Assembly (NCBI GenBank): GCA_951406725.2
Contig: OX597841.1
Location: forward strand, 1-64,000
From: Octopus vulgaris
Taxonomy: Eukaryota
Length of the DNA: 64,000 nucleotides
Direction of reading: 5' to 3'
Shown here in pieces: positions 33,574 to 47,581 of the stretch (position 1 is its first letter; each line of letters begins with the position of its first letter). A model generated the notes under the pieces. That model worked only from the letters and a program-made list of their open reading frames with translations. It had not been told where the DNA came from and made no database searches. The position numbers were made by a program, and so were the translations under genes.

Positions 33574-33901
33574 TTTTAAAGAAGGAAATCTCGTTGGTGT
33601 CATTCGTGCTGACGACTGTCATAAAATTATTCGGTGAGTAATTCTTACAAACACGGCTGACTTTGTTGTAAGTGAAAAATTGTGATTGGCTCCTCTGAGC
33701 GAGCGCGGTACAGTCGAATAGGTTTCGTGTTGAGAAGAATTCTTGTGCTGGAGATGCCTGAAGGTAAGCATAGGTATAACCAGGGCCCAAAGATTTGTAG
33801 TAGCCATGAAGTTCCTGATCTGAGGTAACAGCCAGAAATGTTGTAAGGGTTAGCAGCAGCACTGCCATTGCAGCTGGACAATTTGAAAGAAACTGGGACA
33901 T
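33574..33901 (-). CDS. Gene B coding exon 1: signal peptide + degenerate PAN/apple-like module
   Basis: ATG at 33901; hydrophobic AVLLLTLTTFLAV; donor A|GTAAGT; 328 nt, phase 1. Confidence 0.9.
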
Positions 33902-33952
33902 TCTGGTCTCTAAGATTACGAGAGGGAGACAGAGGGTGGAAAGGAATGGGAT

Positions 33953-34022
<70 letters not shown>

Positions 34023-34304
34023 ATTAGAGACAGACAGGCAGACAGATTGAGAAAGGCAGATAGGCAGACAGAGAGAGATTCAAAGGGTTTCAGCTAAAGC
34101 AAAAAGCGATCAGATAAAATTTAATATTTAAAGGGAGAAAAAAAAAAGGGATGGTGGAAAAGTGTAAGAGAGTAACAAAAAGAAACCGTGAAAGTGGGGA
34201 AAAGAGGTTTTATGTAAGATGAAGATCTGAAAAAGAACACGAAAAAAGAAATTAATTACGATGTATAATTAAAATTTTAAAAATAAATTAGTGTTATTAA
34301 TCCA

Positions 34305-34791
34305 ACATCACCATCATAATCATCATCATCATCATCACCACTATCATCAACATCATCATCATCATCATGAACATCATCACCATCACCATCATAATCATCA
34401 TCATCATCATCACCACCATCACCACCATCATCATCAACATCATCATCATCATCATCATCATCACCACTATCATCACCATCACCACCATCATTATCAACAT
34501 CATCAACATCATCATCATCATCATCATCATCGTCATCACCACTATCATCAACATCATCACCACTATCATCACCATCACCACCATCATCATTATCATCATC
34601 AACATCATCATCATCATCATCATCATCATCATTATCATCATCATCATCATCATCATCATCACCACCATCAACATCAACATCATCAACATCATCATCATCA
34701 TCAACATCATCATCATCATCATCATCATCATCAACATCACCATCACCATCATCATCATCATCATCATCACCATCAACATCAACATCATCAA

Positions 34792-34859
<68 letters not shown>

Positions 34860-34920
34860 ACATCATCATCATCATCATCATCATCATCGTCATCATCATC
34901 ATCATCAACATCATCATCAT
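34305..34920. repeat. Degenerate (CAT)n microsatellite
   Basis: ~615 bp of CAT/CAC/CAA triplets. Confidence 0.95.
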
Positions 34921-35377
34921 CTGCCTCATCTAATGAAAAGCTTCGCCATCGCTCCATAAATTCTTCCATTTGCAATTAGATTTTTTTTCTCCTGTCGTCA
35001 AAGGCCGGTTACTCTTGTCAGATCAGCTGCTTAGACGTCAATTAACGATAGCCGTAACCATGTGAAATATTTGAAGCATCAATTGATGATGTCCGAAGTT
35101 TGAATATTAATTCAATGTCAAAAATGTTGATACGTGCAAGATGGTTCTGCATCATTTATGGAGACCTCTACATGTAGGGAGACCTCTACATGGTAGCTAG
35201 ACCTTATGAAAATAAACTTCATAAAAGCAGCACAAACGTCGTGGTCGAGTTAATTCTTTAAATGGCGGTGCTCCAGCATGGCCACAGCTCATTAGCTGAA
35301 ACTGGAAAAATCAAAATCAAAATCAAACTCTTGTTCTCTTCACAATACACACCCGCTAATGTTAGCACACACACACA

Positions 35378-35469
<92 letters not shown>

Positions 35470-35545
35470 GATCGTAACCCTTGCACACCTAATTATAACA
35501 CATAGGCGCATACATGAAATACAATGTGATATAAAAACAATTCAC

Positions 35546-36150
35546 TTTCACTGAGGTTCAAGGTAGACTCTACACGGATCTTTTCGGTTTGAACGGCAGT
35601 TTTTAAAATAATTTCTAGGTAACTAAAAAATTTTAAACTTCGTATACTGGTAGAATGTGTTTATAAAACATCTTTTTCTCTTGGTTTTATTGAGAAAATT
35701 CTATAGTTTGTAAGATATTTGTTGTTTTTTCTTCAATTTCTGCAATTTCAACCAATCACTGACGTCCATTGAGGTAAACAACATTCTGTGCCGTCTGAAT
35801 ATGTCCCTCGTTTAAGAAACAGATTGGGTTTATTTACATTTCTGAAGAGAAAAAGATACCCTTCCCCGCACCCCTAACCCTAAAACAGATTGAAATGCAA
35901 TATATCGATACTAGGGTCATAATAATGGGTGACAATTTCATATGACACCGCTAGAAAAAACTGCCGTTCAAACCGAAAAGATCCCTCTACACTTTAGTTT
36001 GTTATGTGAAGGGTTGATTAATGTCATAACGTTCCTCTGATCTCCCTACAGTCTTCAACTCTCAAGATTTTCCTCTATTACCCACATTACCCACATGACA
36101 TAGGTCTTCAAATATGGCGGTACTATCTACTGCTCTCAGCGCGATATGAT
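35546..36150 (-). other. Second, diverged copy of the gene B leader block, interrupted by a MITE
   Basis: ctttcactgaggtt...[MITE]...gttatgtgaaggg...gtcttcaactctcaagattttcctctattacc matches 37862-38060; donor GAAA|GTGAAT. Confidence 0.45.
35576..35984. mobile_element. MITE, 409 bp, 29-bp perfect TIRs, 8-bp TSD
   Basis: TIR GGATCTTTTCGGTTTGAACGGCAGTTTTT; TSD CTCTACAC at 35568-35575 and 35985-35992. Confidence 0.92.
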
Positions 36151-37059
36151 GGAGATGATGTGTTCGTGTAGGTGGAGATATTAAAGCTGAACCGGTAATG
36201 TCGCTATGGCAAAGATTTCCATTGTAGAAAGTCCTTGAAACCCTTCAACGTGGATGAGTCAACCAGGACATGTTCATACTTCTGCACCGAACACAATCAA
36301 TTTCAATCATTGATTGTTGATTTTAAGAGATATCTTTCTTCATTTCATGACGAATAAACACGCACACATTTTTATTTCGATGCTTCTTAATTACAAAGAT
36401 AACACCTGCAGATTCACATACACATACACACACATGCACACATATAACGATGAAAACTTCATAGGCCTTGAACTGGAAATAAGATTTATAGCTTAGTTAA
36501 CGCAGGTGTTATATTATGAAGATAATACACACTCCTGTCACAACCTGGGACCCTAATATTTTTTATTCAACATTTCATCTATTCAATAAGACAATCAATA
36601 CTTCATTTCATTTTACTATATAGGGAATTACATCCGTGTTTCGTGTGCTGCTATCACAACAGCTCCTTTATAGGATCTAGTTAGCTCAATCATCATCAGG
36701 AGGAACCACGTCCAGTTTCGGCCCCTACTTCTCTACCGTTTTGACGTGGCGGGGCCCCCCTCCTTTCGGAAGTGTCTTCAGCTCTGGTGTTGGGTGCATG
36801 TCTTCTTTCTTCTGTTCCCTGGCCTCTTCGATGTATCTTCAGCGAGTGTCAGCCGGTGACTGACTTGTTAAAAGTTTTCCCTTTAAATACCTGCCGCTAC
36901 GCTCCAGCAGGCAGCCCCAGCAAGTTGTCACGTGACACTTATTCTATATTCTACATTAATATTATAAAGAATATAAATAAAACATAAAAACAGAGTTGGA
37001 ATTTCTTTGAATAATATATATATGTATATATATATGTGTATATATATGTATATGTATAC

Positions 37060-37156
<97 letters not shown>

Positions 37157-37199
37157 GTGCATATATGTATATATATGTATATATATGTATATATATATG

Positions 37200-37235
<36 letters not shown>

Positions 37236-37255
37236 CATACATATATGTATATATA

Positions 37256-37295
<40 letters not shown>

Positions 37296-37861
37296 TAGAT
37301 AGATAGATATAGAAATATATATATGTGTGTATATGTGTATGTAGTATATATATATATATATGTTTGTATGTATGTATGTATGTATGTATATGTTTGTGTG
37401 TATGCGTTTGTCACTCCAACATCGCTGAACAACCGATGCTGGTGTCTTTACGTCCCCGTAACTTATCTACATATACATCGTAGATAAAAAGAAAGAAAAA
37501 AGAAAGAAAGGAGAAATGAATTTTCTGCAAGGGAAGTAAATTGGTGAGGGCCATAGGAGGGATTAATTTACGTTAAGTTTAAGACGAGGGAAGGGTACCA
37601 GGAACGGAGATGAAAAAAAAAGGGAAAAACGCAGGCGGATGTTGTAGCCATAAATACATTGACTTAACAAAAGATGAGATGGCCACATTTGGAATTATGT
37701 AAGTCATAGATCAGAGTTGATCTGGTGTTTGAGGAACTTCACAAACTCTTGCTCACTTCACAATGTAAACACACACACTAATCTTAACTTCTACATCCCT
37801 TATCATAATACATACGTTCACAGGCAAAACAGAATGCGATAGAAAAAAATTAAACACTTAC

Positions 37862-38560
37862 TTTCACTGGGGTTGAGGGCCGCCCCTACGCTCTTTAGGT
37901 GGTTATGTGAGGGGCTGATGACAGGATTGTTCATTAATGGCACAGCTTTTCTCTGCCCTTCCTGCTGTCTTCTACTGTCAATATTTTCTTCTATTACCAA
38001 CAATAGAGTCTACAGATATCTAGGTTCTTCACAAATGCCAGTCCTGGCCACTGCTCCCAGTCCTATGTTTTCTTATCAGCATTACTTACAGATTCTGGTA
38101 TGGCCCTAAATGAATAAAACACTTGGCTGTCCACTGCTGTCAGTACCATCCCATCAGATAAAGCTCGTTTACTTGTATGCCAGTATTTCTCTACTGAAGT
38201 GAAAACAAAAGCTTTTCAAAACGCCTCGTTTGATCGTAATGTAGGAGAAAGTCCTTGAATTAATAGAGACATGCGCGTCACTAAACATGCAGAAAATACA
38301 GCTGAGTAGCAGCTACTGGAGGCGCTCTGATGTTAGTAACTTCGTTGCTGCGCATCTTGTGATGGTGACGTTATAGTATTAATGCCAGGTGACTGGATCT
38401 TTTGATGTTGCTGTTTCACGTCGTTTCACTCAAGGCATCTATTGTAGAAATGCATTCAAATCCATCAACAAAGCTGGTGCAATGAGTACATAGATCTGAA
38501 CCAGTGCACAATCAGTTTTAACAACTGATATTTGACATATCAAACGATTTTTCTGCATTT
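37862..38560 (-). other. Conserved upstream non-coding block, candidate 5' UTR leader exon of gene B
   Basis: Homologous to 6208-6900; ends at GAAA|GTAAGT donor; matching acceptor TCTTAG| just before the exon 1 ATG. Confidence 0.5.
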
Positions 38561-38841
38561 TATGACAAATGCAGGCATAAACACACCGGCCTCCAACTTT
38601 TTCCATTGATCTTACAGACATAAAAAGAACAGTTTTCACCAGTTTCTCACTACATGTTTTTACATGAAACATGGAAATTTTCGGTGCATGTTTATTATAA
38701 AGATAACACAAACCCCTACTCACTCGAACATGCACACAGATAGATGGCGATTCAAAACATCCTGGCCATTGACTTGTAATTCGGTGTTATAATTAATTAT
38801 GGCTGAGTCTAGGTACACAGATAAGCTATGTATATATGTAT

Positions 38842-38889
38842 CTGGTACTGATGAAGGGTAAGACCCTGAAACCAATCCTAGTCTACTGG
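38842..38889 (+). ncRNA. Type-I hammerhead ribozyme motif
   Basis: CTGGTA CTGATGA AGGGT aag ACCCT GAAA C caatccta G TC TACTGG; GUC site. Confidence 0.7.
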
Positions 38890-39075
38890 TCTTGCCACCG
38901 CTGGAAGGGAGGTGCTCGATCCCTAGCGCGCAATATATCGGACACAGATATTGTGTCATGTTAACCATGTTGAGGTGGCAACAAACATTACCCACACGCG
39001 CACACACATATATATATACATATCTCTATATACATATATATACATACATATATGTATATATACATATATATGTGC

Positions 39076-39106
<31 letters not shown>

Positions 39107-39162
39107 CACATATATATATATACATACATATATGTATACATACATATATACATGCATATATA

Positions 39163-39217
<55 letters not shown>

Positions 39218-39435
39218 GTTATTATTACCGAGTTCACAGGAGAGAGAAATTCAATTTAGTGGTACTGAAATGAATATCTCGCTGTATTATATACATATAT
39301 ATATAGATAGGTTTAAGACCTTCAAGCAACTCAAATAACATTGAACGACATTATCTATGATAGAGATATATAAGATTAACTTTTGTCAAAATTAATGTCT
39401 ACAATTATTATTCTGAATCATATATTAAATTATAT

Positions 39436-39531
39436 AGACAACACACGTTTCATGACAATATATCTATCGGTATTGCTGAAATAGAAATTCAATACCATAT
39501 TAATCCGACTATAGTGCCAATCTTCAGGTCT
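39436..39531 (-). ncRNA. Type-I hammerhead ribozyme motif with long stem/loop II
   Basis: AGAC CTGAAGA tTGGCA...TGTCAt GAAA C GTGT G TT GTCT. Confidence 0.55.
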
Positions 39532-39959
39532 GGATTATATAAAACTAATTTACTATTTACATCCTATATAAACATATGACAATCAAAATTATACAACTAG
39601 AAATCGTCGAAATAATTATTCATTACTAAATACAGAACAAAAATGAAGAAGAAAAAATAAGAAGAAAAATAAGAAAAAGAAATAGAAATATTAACTTTTT
39701 TTTTTTGAAAATTCCCTCCTCGCGAATCAATTATGGCTTCCAGGGAAAAAATAAATAATCCAACCTTGAGAGCTCCGGTGTAAGAGAGATAAGAGTTAAG
39801 ATATGAGGATGTAAACACACCAACACCAGTCGTCAATCGGTAGTTGGAGACAAACACATAGGCAAAGACACACAGGTAAAGAAATACATACATGCGTGTG
39901 TGTGCGTGTGTGTGTCTAAGATTATATGTATATATATACATACATTCATACGGATATAC

Positions 39960-40036
<77 letters not shown>

Positions 40037-40039
<3 letters not shown>

Positions 40040-40639
40040 TCCTGGGTTTGGTTCCATTCCATTGCGTGTAAATTTGGGCAAGTGTCTTCTACTATAACCT
40101 TGGGTCGTGCATGGATTTGATAGACGGAAACTGAATGAAGCCTGCCGATATATATGTGTGTGTGTGTGTGTATATATTTCATCGTGTCTGTCTGTCACTC
40201 CACCATCGCTTGACAACTGAACTTGGTGTGTTTACGTCCCCGTGACTTAGCGCTTCGGCAAAAGAAACCAATAGAATTTGTACCAGGGATCGATTTCTTC
40301 GACTAAAATGGTCGTGCTCCAGTATGACCACTATCAAAATGATTGAAACAAATAATGGATAAGAGAATAAACGAATGTATGTGTGTGTGTGTAATAATAT
40401 AAATAATCTATATATACATAAATAATATATATTCTTTACTCTTTTTCTTGTTTCAGTCATTTGACTGCGGCTATGTTGAAGCACCGCCTTTAATCGAGCA
40501 ACTCGACCCCGGGACTTATTCTTTTGTAAGCCCAGTACTTATTCTATCGGTCTCTTTTGCCGAACCACTAAGTAACGGGGACGTAAACACACCAGCATCG
40601 GTTGTCAAGCAATGCTAGGGGGACAAACACAGACACACA

Positions 40640-40690
<51 letters not shown>

Positions 40691-40816
40691 GACAGGCTTC
40701 TTTTCAGTTTCCGTCTACCAAATCCACTCACAAGGCTTTGGTCTGCCCGAGGCGCCACGCAGATCCTGGAACCATGTGGCTGGTAAACAAGCTACTTACC
40801 ACACAGCCACTCCTGC

Positions 40817-40897
<81 letters not shown>

Positions 40898-40990
40898 TAT
40901 ATACGACGGGCTTCTTTCAGTTTCCGTCTACCAAATCCACTCACAAGGCTTTGGTCGGCCCGAGACTATAGTAGAAGACCCTTTCCCAAG
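40037..40990. mobile_element. Cluster of SINE family 1 copies (+ 40037-40365; - 40430-40820; - 40900-40990)
   Basis: Homology to 7413-7850. Confidence 0.8.
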
Positions 40991-40991
40991 G

Positions 40992-42140
40992 TTCCCTGCT
41001 TGTGTCTTGAAGATGTGTCAACACCAACTTGCACCCCCTCTAGCCAATCTGTGGCGGAACTCACTGGATGCTGGATATATACAAGAAGACCTTCTATCCC
41101 AGTCTGTTGTCCCAGTTTTCAAAAAAGAAAACAAATCGCTTGCCGTGAATTACCGTCCAATCTCACTCACCTCTCATATCATTAAGGTATTTGAGAGAGT
41201 GCTGAGATCGCGTATGACTCACTTCCTTGAGAGTCATAATATGCTGAACACCAACCAGCATGGATTCCGTAATGGAAGAGATTGCCTGACGCAGCTACTG
41301 CATCATTTTGATGACATTTTGAGAGCCTTGGGAGAGGGTTCCAACACTGATGTCATCTACGTTAATTTCAGCAAGGCATTTGACAGGGTTGATCATAAGA
41401 TCGTTTTTGAGAAAGCTGTCCAATATTGGTGTCACTGGAAAGCTGCTGCAGTGGATCAAGTGCTTACTGTCTAACAGAACCCAACATGTTGTAGTCGAAG
41501 GAGTCAAATCCAGCCCAGCCAAAGTCAGCAGTGGTGTCCCACAAGGCACTATGTTGGGCCCACTTCTCTTCATCATCTACGTTAATGATATTACTGACAC
41601 CATCAAACACAGTAACATCAGAACCTTCGCTGGTGACTCCAAGCTCCAGGAGGTCATCAATGGCGTGGATGACCGAATAAGCCTTCAGTCAGACCTACTG
41701 GCTGTTGTCGAAAGTCAGCAGTGGTGTCCCACAAGGCACTGTGTTGGGCCCACTTCTCTTCATCATCTACATTAATGATATTACTGACACCATCAAACAC
41801 AGTAACATCAGAACCTTCGCTGGTGATTCCAAGCTCCAGAAGGTCATCAATGGCGTGGATGACCGAATAAGCCTTCAATCAGACCTACTGGCTGTTGTCG
41901 AAAGTCAGCAGTGGTGTCCCACAAGGCACTGTGTTGGGCCCACTTCTCTTCATCATCTACATTAATGATATTACTGACACCATCAAACACAGTAACATCA
42001 GAACCTTCGCTGGTGATTCCAAGCTCCAGGAGGTCATCAATGGCGTGGATGACCGAATAAGCACTTCAGTCAGACCTACTGGCTGTTGTCGAATGGGCGG
42101 AAAAGAACAACATGTTGCTAAACGAATACAAATTCGAACT
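40992..42140 (+). mobile_element. CR1/L2-like LINE RT fragment with 3 tandem copies of a 190-bp segment
   Basis: [53 protein letters not shown]; repeat units start at 41521, 41711 and 41901. Confidence 0.88.
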
Positions 42141-42353
42141 GATCCACATGCATATACATGCAAACATGGGTACAGGACGTAAAAAAATGTGAAAATGGAA
42201 AACAAGATTATAAAAAAAAAAAAAAAAAACCAGGGAGAACGAATTTTTGTCGAACAAAGAAAGAAACAAATAGAAAAATGAGACAGGCAACATAAAGAAC
42301 AATCCCTTCATCAGTTGTCCACACACAAACACATATTTGTATATATATTTATA

Positions 42354-42876
42354 TAGGCGCAGGAGTGGCTGTGTGGTAAGTAGCTTGCTAACCAACCACA
42401 TGGTTCCGGGTGTCTTCTGCTATAGCCCCGGGCCGACCAATGCCTTGTGAGTGGATTTGGTGGACGGAAACTGAAAGAAGCCTGTCGTATGCCCAAATGA
42501 CCTAAACATTAGCTTCAAGGTCCATCGAAGACTTGGACCACGGGCTATACGTCCCCTGCCAAATTCAAGATCACAACATACATGTACACTGCAACATAAT
42601 TTCTTTTCCTCAACAGGCCCTGCCCTATTTAACATTGTCCCGAGGGAGATCAAAGAGGAAAAGGATCCCATCAACTTTAAACAGAGTCTGGATAGATTCC
42701 TTCAAAGAATACCAGATAAGCCACCCATAATTGGATACAACTCACCCAACAAGAACTCACTACTCATGAACAAAACTTGACTTAAACACGATTCGAATCA
42801 TCCTATCAGGTGGTGCTATTAAGTTAGACATGGCCTGGACCAATCTCTGGTCGAAACATATCTAAGTTTTATCTAA

Positions 42877-42951
<75 letters not shown>

Positions 42952-43170
42952 TTGTGTGTCTGTGTTTGTCCCCCTAGCATTGCTTGACAACCGATGCTGG
43001 TGTGTTAACGTCCCCGTCACCTAGCGGTTCGGCAAAAAGAGACCGATAGAATAAGTACTGGGCTTACAAAGAATATGTTCCGGGGTCGATTTGCTCGACT
43101 AAAGGCGGTGCTCCAACATGGCCGCAGTCAAATGACTGAAACAAGTAAAAGAGTAAAAAGAAAAAAGAGT
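42354..43170 (+). mobile_element. SINE family 1 split by a LINE 3' insertion
   Basis: Head at 42354-42489, tail at 42935-43170. Confidence 0.8.
42490..42882 (+). mobile_element. CR1-like LINE 3' end inserted inside a SINE
   Basis: NFFS..GPALFNIVP..FKQSLDRFLQRIPDKP C-terminal signature; tandem tail tctaagttttatctaagtttt; SINE halves on both sides. Confidence 0.7.
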
Positions 43171-43184
43171 AATATATTTATATA

Positions 43185-43216
<32 letters not shown>

Positions 43217-43885
43217 ATGTCTATACGCATAAGGATATGTATATTACATATGCAGAAATAAACACACACTTCCTCTTCTGCCTCTTACCTCTCTCACACC
43301 ATGTAGTTTTCCCTGTTTCTTTCTCTCGCTCAACTTCTCTCAGTTTATCTCTCTCTCACTCTCTCTTACTGTCTCTCTCTCTCACTCTCACACTACTACT
43401 ACTACTACAATAATTTGTCAAAATCGTACAGGAACAGGAAATCAGACGAATTTGTCTGACATAACAATCTATGCTTTTACACTTTCACTTAACTGAAAAG
43501 CGGCCATTTTGTCACAAAGACACCTAAAGGATTTTCTTTTGTTTTTCTTTTCGATTGCATCGATCCAAGGTCTTATGTCAGGTTTTTATTTCTTTTATCG
43601 ATCTCTACTCACACAATGGATACGTTGCCTTTATGACAACAGTGTGTGCATCATGAACCACAGGTTTGTAAAAGGATGCCGCTATTATGTTTACATAAAT
43701 CCATCAATTAATACAAACAATCGTTCCGTTGTTGTGAGTAAATAGAGCGGAAAATTTTGATTACTGTAATCAATCGCGTTTCCTTCACACGCCTTCTATA
43801 CTTGTATGTGCCACACACACACGCACACAGATGTGTGTGTATAGATAGATAGATAGACAGATATGCATGCATATGTATGTGTGCG

Positions 43886-43951
<66 letters not shown>

Positions 43952-43996
43952 TATCTATGTGCAGGCATATATATATATATATATATATACGTATAA

Positions 43997-44106
<110 letters not shown>

Positions 44107-44210
44107 TATACATATACATACACACACATACACATATATATACATATATATATATATGCATACCCATATATGATATATGATATATGACATATATATATGA
44201 ATATATTATA

Positions 44211-44248
<38 letters not shown>

Positions 44249-44788
44249 AAAAAGGAGATGTGGAACACGAGTTGTGATATATAAAAAAAGGAAATGAAGA
44301 AAATGCTGACAAAATAATTTAAGTAAGGGAGAGTGTATTTAATTAGGTGAAAGTTCTTTTTTTAAACAAAAAAAGAGAAAAATTGGGTTAGAATACAATG
44401 TTCATTTTTTGTGAATGATTTCAGTGTATAAGAAAAAAAGTAAGAGTCTTTTACAGTGTTCTGTTTCAGAATAAGATATTTAGTAAAAGCGTGTAATATA
44501 CAGTTTTTTTGGAAAAGTTCAATGTCAGATTTCAGTGTAGAATAAAAAAGTAAGAGTTTACCGGTTGCGCATTTGTTATGCTTATCAAAAGATATTTTGA
44601 GTGAGATAGAGTTCCTTTCTGATTGATTTTTTTCTCTTATCAGATAAGAGCTCCGCTCGAAACGTTAAACCCTCCTTCTTTCCTTCTTTCCTGAGCGTCC
44701 AATAATACTATATTTGTTCCACGTCCTCGCGTTGTTGTGTTTTTTTGTGCTTTCTTGTTTGGATTAACTTTATATTTGTATATATATT

Positions 44789-44950
<162 letters not shown>

Positions 44951-45234
44951 GTATATATATATATATGTATAAAATAATTATTTTTTGAGGGAATAAAATC
45001 CAAAACTTACAAGGAAAAAAAATTAAATTTAGAAATACTAAATCAAATTTCACACAATATAATATATATATATATAAAAAATTAGAAAAAAACCCCACCT
45101 TTTACCAATTCAAAATGAACAATTAAATTACACCATCTAGAAAATTACATATAATAGAAATATTTAAATTAAAATAACAATAAAATGTCAATGATTAAGT
45201 AAATTGCAAAAAAATAATAAAAACATCTGTAATT

Positions 45235-45272
<38 letters not shown>

Positions 45273-45298
45273 GGAGTAAAAACATAAATGTGAAACAA

Positions 45299-45339
<41 letters not shown>

Positions 45340-46112
45340 TATAATGGTGGTTAATAGAAGTCAATAATTTAAGCGTGGTTCATGTTATAGATACAGTGAT
45401 GGCAGTAATGATTCCATTGTTGTTGCTTGAGTTTTAACAACGGACGACACTTTGCAGCTGCTGTGGTGGTCGATTGCTGTGGCGTAATGTGGTGCTTCGT
45501 GGTGGATGTTTTGGTCTTGTTTCTTTGGATACCGCGTGTGCCAGTCCTTAGAGGGAAGCAGTTGAATAGAACAAAACAACAATGATGGCTGTGTGAAGTG
45601 GTAGGGTTAAGTCTCTGGAGTTGGTGTGGTGTTTAATAAAAGCCTTGGTTGTGACACTTGCAAAGATATCGACTCAGCCTGACGATGAGTATGGATATGT
45701 ATATATACATATATATATATATATTATATGCATACGTATGTATATGAGCGTGCATGGCATAGTGGTTAGGGTATTGCGTTCACTAGTGCGAGATCATGGT
45801 ATATAAAGAATAAGGAACATTTTACTTAAAATATTGCAGCAAAGAATGACTTTACAGTTCTCATTTTAAAAATTATTGTATTATGGTACAAAACCGTTCA
45901 GCTAATTTGCTAGTTTGTCTAATTAGTCACTTTTTTCCGTATTTAAGGTAATAAATTAACCAAATTCAACTTAAATAAGTATAGTGTAAACTATAATGAG
46001 TTTTAATATTCAAACTATAATGTAAACTATAATGAGTTTTAATATTCAAATATTAATTTTAGCTGCAATATTTTAAGTAAAAAGATTCTTCTTTACTTTG
46101 CATGAATAGCTT

Positions 46113-46700
46113 TCCTATACTTTCCCAGGTGTAATAACTTGTCCTGTACTTTTCCAGGTGTAATAACTTGTCCTGTACTTTTCCAGGGGTAATAACTTGT
46201 CCTATACTTTTCCAGGTGTAATAACTTGTCCTGTACTTTTCCAGGTGTAATAACTTGTCCTGTACTTTTCCAGGTGTAATAACTTGTCCTGTACTTTTCC
46301 AGGTGTAATAACTTGTCCTGTACTTTTCCAGGTTTATAATCTTAAGAATATTACTTTTCATGCTTGCATGAAATAAGTAATAACTTGTCCTATACTTTTC
46401 CAGGTGTAATAACTTGTCCTGTACTTTTCCAGGTGTAATAACTTGTCCTATACTTTTCCAGGTGTAATAACTTGTCCTATACTTTTCCAGGTGTAATAAC
46501 TTGTCCTGTACTTTTCCAGGTGTAATAACTTGTCCTGTACTTTTCCAGGGGTAATAACTTGTCCTATACTTTTCCAGGTGTAATAACTTGTCCTGTACTT
46601 TTCCAGGTGTAATAACTTGTCCTGTACTTTTCCAGGTGTAATAACTTGTCCTGTACTTTTCCAGGTTTATAATCTTAAGAATATTACTTTTCATGCTCGC
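46113..46700. repeat. 29-bp minisatellite (CCAGGTGTAATAACTTGTCCTGTACTTTT) in two blocks with a higher-order duplication
   Basis: Direct tandem repeats; the unique spacer ttataatcttaagaatattacttttcatgct occurs twice. Confidence 0.92.
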
Positions 46701-47351
46701 ATTTTTCCATGTAATCCAGGATCTTTCCAGGCATTGCGGTCATAAGATAATTAATAATGTATCAATTAATTATTTAAAATTATAACTTATAAAATACTGA
46801 AAGATAATATTTCAATTTTTTACATATTTAATTTAAATACATGCTGTGATTAAATTATTTGATATTACCCATCCAAACTAAATTAATGGCAGGTATTTTT
46901 ACCAGGTTGTAGGTTGCACCATGGCTCACCAAGTTACATGCAACAAGACCCCCAAAACCAACCCGACCGGAGTAAAGTATGGCTGAACTTAGAACCTTGT
47001 GAAGAGAATGCAAATCCTTAATTCGTAAGCTATAAATGATCAAGATATTTGTGATTATTAAAATCTGCGAGGAAATTCTTGAAATTTAAAGGATGATAGT
47101 AAACTCAAGATGTTTTCCTTCACAACCTTGCTACGAAATTGGTGAAAGGTCAAAGTTTATTCGAAAATTAAAAAAGAGAAGACATACACACAACATCATC
47201 GAATCAAGCAGAAGAGAATCCCGAAGTCAGTCAATGTTGGATCGAATGTTAATTGTGGCGAGGAGGTGTATGTGTGTGTGTGTGGGTGGGGTGGCATTGA
47301 TCAGTTGAATTGTGAGCATTGGTGGTGGTCGACTTGGGATCGGCCGATAGC

Positions 47352-47397
<46 letters not shown>

Positions 47398-47443
47398 GTT
47401 AACACTCAGAATAGCGATGGGTGTGGATATCCTGCGATCGATA

Positions 47444-47496
47444 TTAGTTCGGTTTCATTCGAATGAATATGGCCATGGAATCAGCTGTTCCATATC
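47444..47496 (-). CDS. Gene C terminal coding exon 5 (GYGTADSMAIFIRMKPN-stop)
   Basis: TTTCAG| acceptor, TAA at 47444-47446; total spliced CDS 894 nt = 297 aa. Confidence 0.88.
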
Positions 47497-47542
47497 CTGA
47501 AAGTAACAACATCACCATCATTATCATTGTCGTCATCATCAC

Positions 47543-47581
<39 letters not shown>

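Noticed and set aside
34277-34975. Poly-His, poly-Asp and poly-Met ORFs
   Set aside because: Alternative frames of one (CAT)n microsatellite; no unique coding flanks or splice support
46059-46694. 211-aa repetitive ORF
   Set aside because: Its 29-aa period is three 29-bp units read through rotating frames, so it is a minisatellite artefact
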